A stretch of DNA of 64,000 bases, taken from the NCBI GenBank assembly GCA_047967505.1, contig CM106538.1. The stretch is one strand, 5' to 3'. Shown piece after piece: positions 60,642-64,000 of this stretch (the stretch's first letter is position 1; each line of letters opens with the position of its first letter). This DNA comes from Dipteris shenzhenensis (Eukaryota). The notes beneath the pieces are model-generated. The model ran no database searches, was not told where the DNA came from, and saw only the letters and a list, made by a program, of their open reading frames with translations. Position numbers and translations under genes: made by a program.

Positions 60642-62120
60642 CCTCGGTCTGCGTTGAGTGAGTGGCCGCTGCTGATTTTGTTGTAAGCGTCGTCTTCTTC
60701 CCTTCTTATTTCTTTCTTTATTTATATTTTCTCTGCCCCCTCCTTTTTGTTTCCTTCCCCCCCCTTTTTTTTAAATTCCCCCATTGGCCCTCCCTCCCCC
60801 TTGTCTCCCTTCTTCATCTCCTGCATGCACACGTTCATACCCCTTCCACTTGCCCCCCCCCCACACAAAATCACCCATCGTGCCTCGCATTTCCTCCCCC
60901 CTTTCCTCACCCTCCCCTTACAAAATTGCTCGTCATGTGTGCCTTTAATAGTCCCAGATGCTCATCCTCCTAGGACATTATAATAACGCTTTCCCACCAA
61001 TGAATATCAGACATCCTCCCCCTTGACTCTCCCTTGCTACCCATCCCTTTAAGGGTACACTTTGTTAAGTTTTAAATCTACTTGTTATCCTAGTGCCCCC
61101 TTCAGAATGTCATACTAGCTTTCCTTTTCTAATCCCAATCATAAAATCTTCCATACAAGATGGTTTGCTTCTATGAGTATTTTCCAATTTTCCATATGTA
61201 CAATGGACTTATGTAGTATCGTTATCATCTCTAATGATCCAAAGACCAGAGTGGCGTGCACTGTATATTGATTTTTCAGACAAAATGAGTGACCAACATG
61301 TCCTCATTCAAATAAGCTATCTTTATGTCTCTTTAAGTGAAATGCACTTAATAAACTCTTTACTCATTTGAGTAAGCAACCGCTAGTCCTTTATGCTTTA
61401 TGTGAAATGAAAGAGCACATATATGTGATCGACGTATGAAATCTTTGATTCATGCCCATAACATAGAATATATTGGAACTTATAATGGATACACAACTGA
61501 ATATCTAATACATGCATAAGATATACCTTTAATCTATTATGCTCTACATCATGGAATGTCTCGTTTCCACATTTGTATATGGGATATTTATCCTTTTGTG
61601 AATTCCAATTATTGTGTTTCATATCTAGTGCAAAGGAGACAACCAAAGTGTCAAAGAAATCAAAAGATAGTAGTTAGCTTGCGGTGATGCACATTAGCCT
61701 CCCCTATTTTTTCCTATTTAATATTCCCAAAAACGGATGTCCTATGGATGTCATTATTCCTTATGGGAATAGAAAGGGTAGGTGAATTTGTTACTTACAT
61801 TATAAAATATCAAAATTTCGATTATCAACAAAGTAATTCATTAGAGGTAATTAAAGGCTGTCATGATTTTGAGTATTTTTTATGCATAAGGTTGGTGGCA
61901 TTAGCCATACCTTTACAAACAAATGTGAAAATTTTCTATAATATTTCCACAAATGTTTTCTTGTAGGCTTTTAATGTCCTCTATCTTAAAGCTCTTCTAT
62001 ATATAGAAGAGTTCAATTGTTAGCAATGCAATATGTTTGCAGCATTGATGTCCTCTATGCATTAGTATCTTCAAGAATTGAACTCTTCTATTCCATGCAT
62101 TAATGTCCTACGATAGCAAA

Positions 62121-63030
62121 TCCAAACTCGTATAACTACCAAGGGTCCAATTTGCAAACCGAGCCTTTTCCTCCATATAGCTAACAAAGATGTATGATCT
62201 AGAGCAACATTAATGTCCATATCCAATCATCTTTACCCTTTTCATTCTTTTAGGACCATGGGATAAGGTTGCAAATATTTATTAATTAAATCTAGAAGCC
62301 AATCACAAAGATGGTTGCAAGCTAAGAAAGAAGTTGTATGCAAGAACACCCAATGGAATTATATGATCACTTTCAGAGTGTGCATGGTTTAGACCAAGGT
62401 TATATATACAGTTAAATCAACATCATGGCCTATGATAGTAGTATTTTAATGCTACACTCAAGGTTATCAGAGACATCAATGGCCTATGATTAGGTAGATT
62501 CCCGAGGTTATAAGGGATGCCACAAATTATACATAATATACAATATCACCGCTTGTTCCTCTAATAAAAGGATTCCAAACTCGTATAACTACCAAGGGTC
62601 CAATTTGCAAACCGAGCCTTTTCCTCCATATAGCTAACAAAGATGTATGATCTAGAGCAACATTAATGTCCATATCCAATCATCTTTACCCTTTTCATTC
62701 TTTTAGGACCATGGGATAAGGTTGCAAATATTTATTAATTAAATCTAGAAGCCAATCACAAAGATGGTTGCAAGCTAAGAAAGAAGTTGTATGCAAGAAC
62801 ACTCAATGGAATTATATGATCACTTTCAGAGTGTGCATGGTCTAGACCAAGGTTATATATACACTTAAATCAACATCATGGCCTATGATAGTAGTATTTT
62901 AATGCTACACTCAAGGTTATCAGAGACATCAATGGCCTATGATTAGGTAGATTCCCGAGGTTATAAGGGATGCCACAAATTATACATAATATACAATATC
63001 ACCCCTTGTTCCTCTAATAAAAGGATTCCA
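62121..63030. repeat. Near-identical 453-bp tandem duplication
   Basis: Units start tccaaactcgtataactacc at 62121 and 62574; only a few substitutions seen. Confidence 0.95.
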
Positions 63031-64000
63031 TTGCTATGGTGAGAAACTTTGGACTAATTCTTAAGGATTCTATTAATGAAGTTGGAAGGATTTATTGCCA
63101 TTATTAAAAGTTTCCAAGGGGCTCATTGCTTGGGTGAGAACTCATTGTGTTTGAGTGGAACCTTACAAGTATCTATTTTGAGAAATGTGAATGGTTATAC
63201 TTGAAGATGCATTATGGGAGGAAAGGCATTTCGAAGTATAGCATTTGAACCTTACAATGAACAAGAATTGTTACTTCCAATGGCAAAAGATGTCTCCCCC
63301 CCTAAAATAGCCTAGAGCCCACAAAAATTTATGTAAGTACTCGAAAAGGGGGTACTTATGAAGGATGTCCTCAATCGATTTGTTGTGGTTCAAGTTATCA
63401 AATTATTGTGAACTTCTTCCGAGAGGTGTCAAATTATAGTCCCAAGGGATCAAATGGAAATGGTTGTCATGGTAAATAATAGTTAGAGAGCATGTGATGA
63501 TTAAATTTTCTTGAAGATACTATGAAACTTTCGAAGAAGTTAAAGGATAGTTTCAAATTGCCTCTATTTAAGGTTCATTGAATTTGTCTAAATGATACAT
63601 TTGGGAAAAAATACCAAATACATTCTGTATATGCTAGGCACTTATGAAAGAGTGCTAAATTTTCACTAAGATAATTTTCAATTGTGAGTGCATTAGACAT
63701 GCACATGTTAGCATCACAATGCACTAAGTTCCATCGAAGCAACGATAGAACATTCGCACTACATCTGAAAATTTGATAAAACTCAAGTGCTATTCCTCAT
63801 CATCTAGCTAAATGGGCCCCTTCTCCTAACCCCTCAATCTACTACTCTTAACACTACATGCCTGATGTGTCTCTTTCGTAAAATTTATAGCCCTTTTGCA
63901 TGTCAAGTTGGAGGATAAGGATATGGGTGAGGCACTCATAGCTCTGTATTAAGGGTAACAAGGATACCTAGGCAAACGTTCACAACAGGGCCTTTGATCC

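Noticed and set aside
61740-64000. Possible decayed hAT transposase
   Set aside because: Only vague motif hints (e.g. WVRTHC near 63131); not enough to call.

Overview
Repeat-rich land-plant nuclear DNA (GT-AG introns, plant-type Copia and LINE elements); the species cannot be identified from the sequence. There are two intact host genes: a 6-exon Sec61-alpha gene (minus, 11118-13087) and an intronless CRF-type AP2/ERF gene (minus, 58147-59694). A probable multi-exon coiled-coil gene lies at about 1300-3319 (minus). The rest is mostly decayed Copia, LINE, gypsy and hAT fragments and tandem duplications. The main discovery is a 9.3-kb DNA transposon at 38376-47710, inserted into ORF1 of a LINE. 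It has bipartite CATTAGGGGA...GGGTCTCAAAAGGGCCTT terminal inverted repeats (TIRs) and a 3-bp GAG target-site duplication (TSD). It carries four decayed genes, two on each strand converging on a 171-bp palindrome: (1) an intron-containing transposase whose motifs align by eye with RAG1/Transib, (2) a histone H3 variant with a ~240-aa tail holding two H3-tail-like motifs, (3) an unknown protein, and (4) a probable BAH-domain protein. This looks like a RAG1-like transposon carrying its own chromatin toolkit. All homology calls are by-eye motif recognition; no searches were run.
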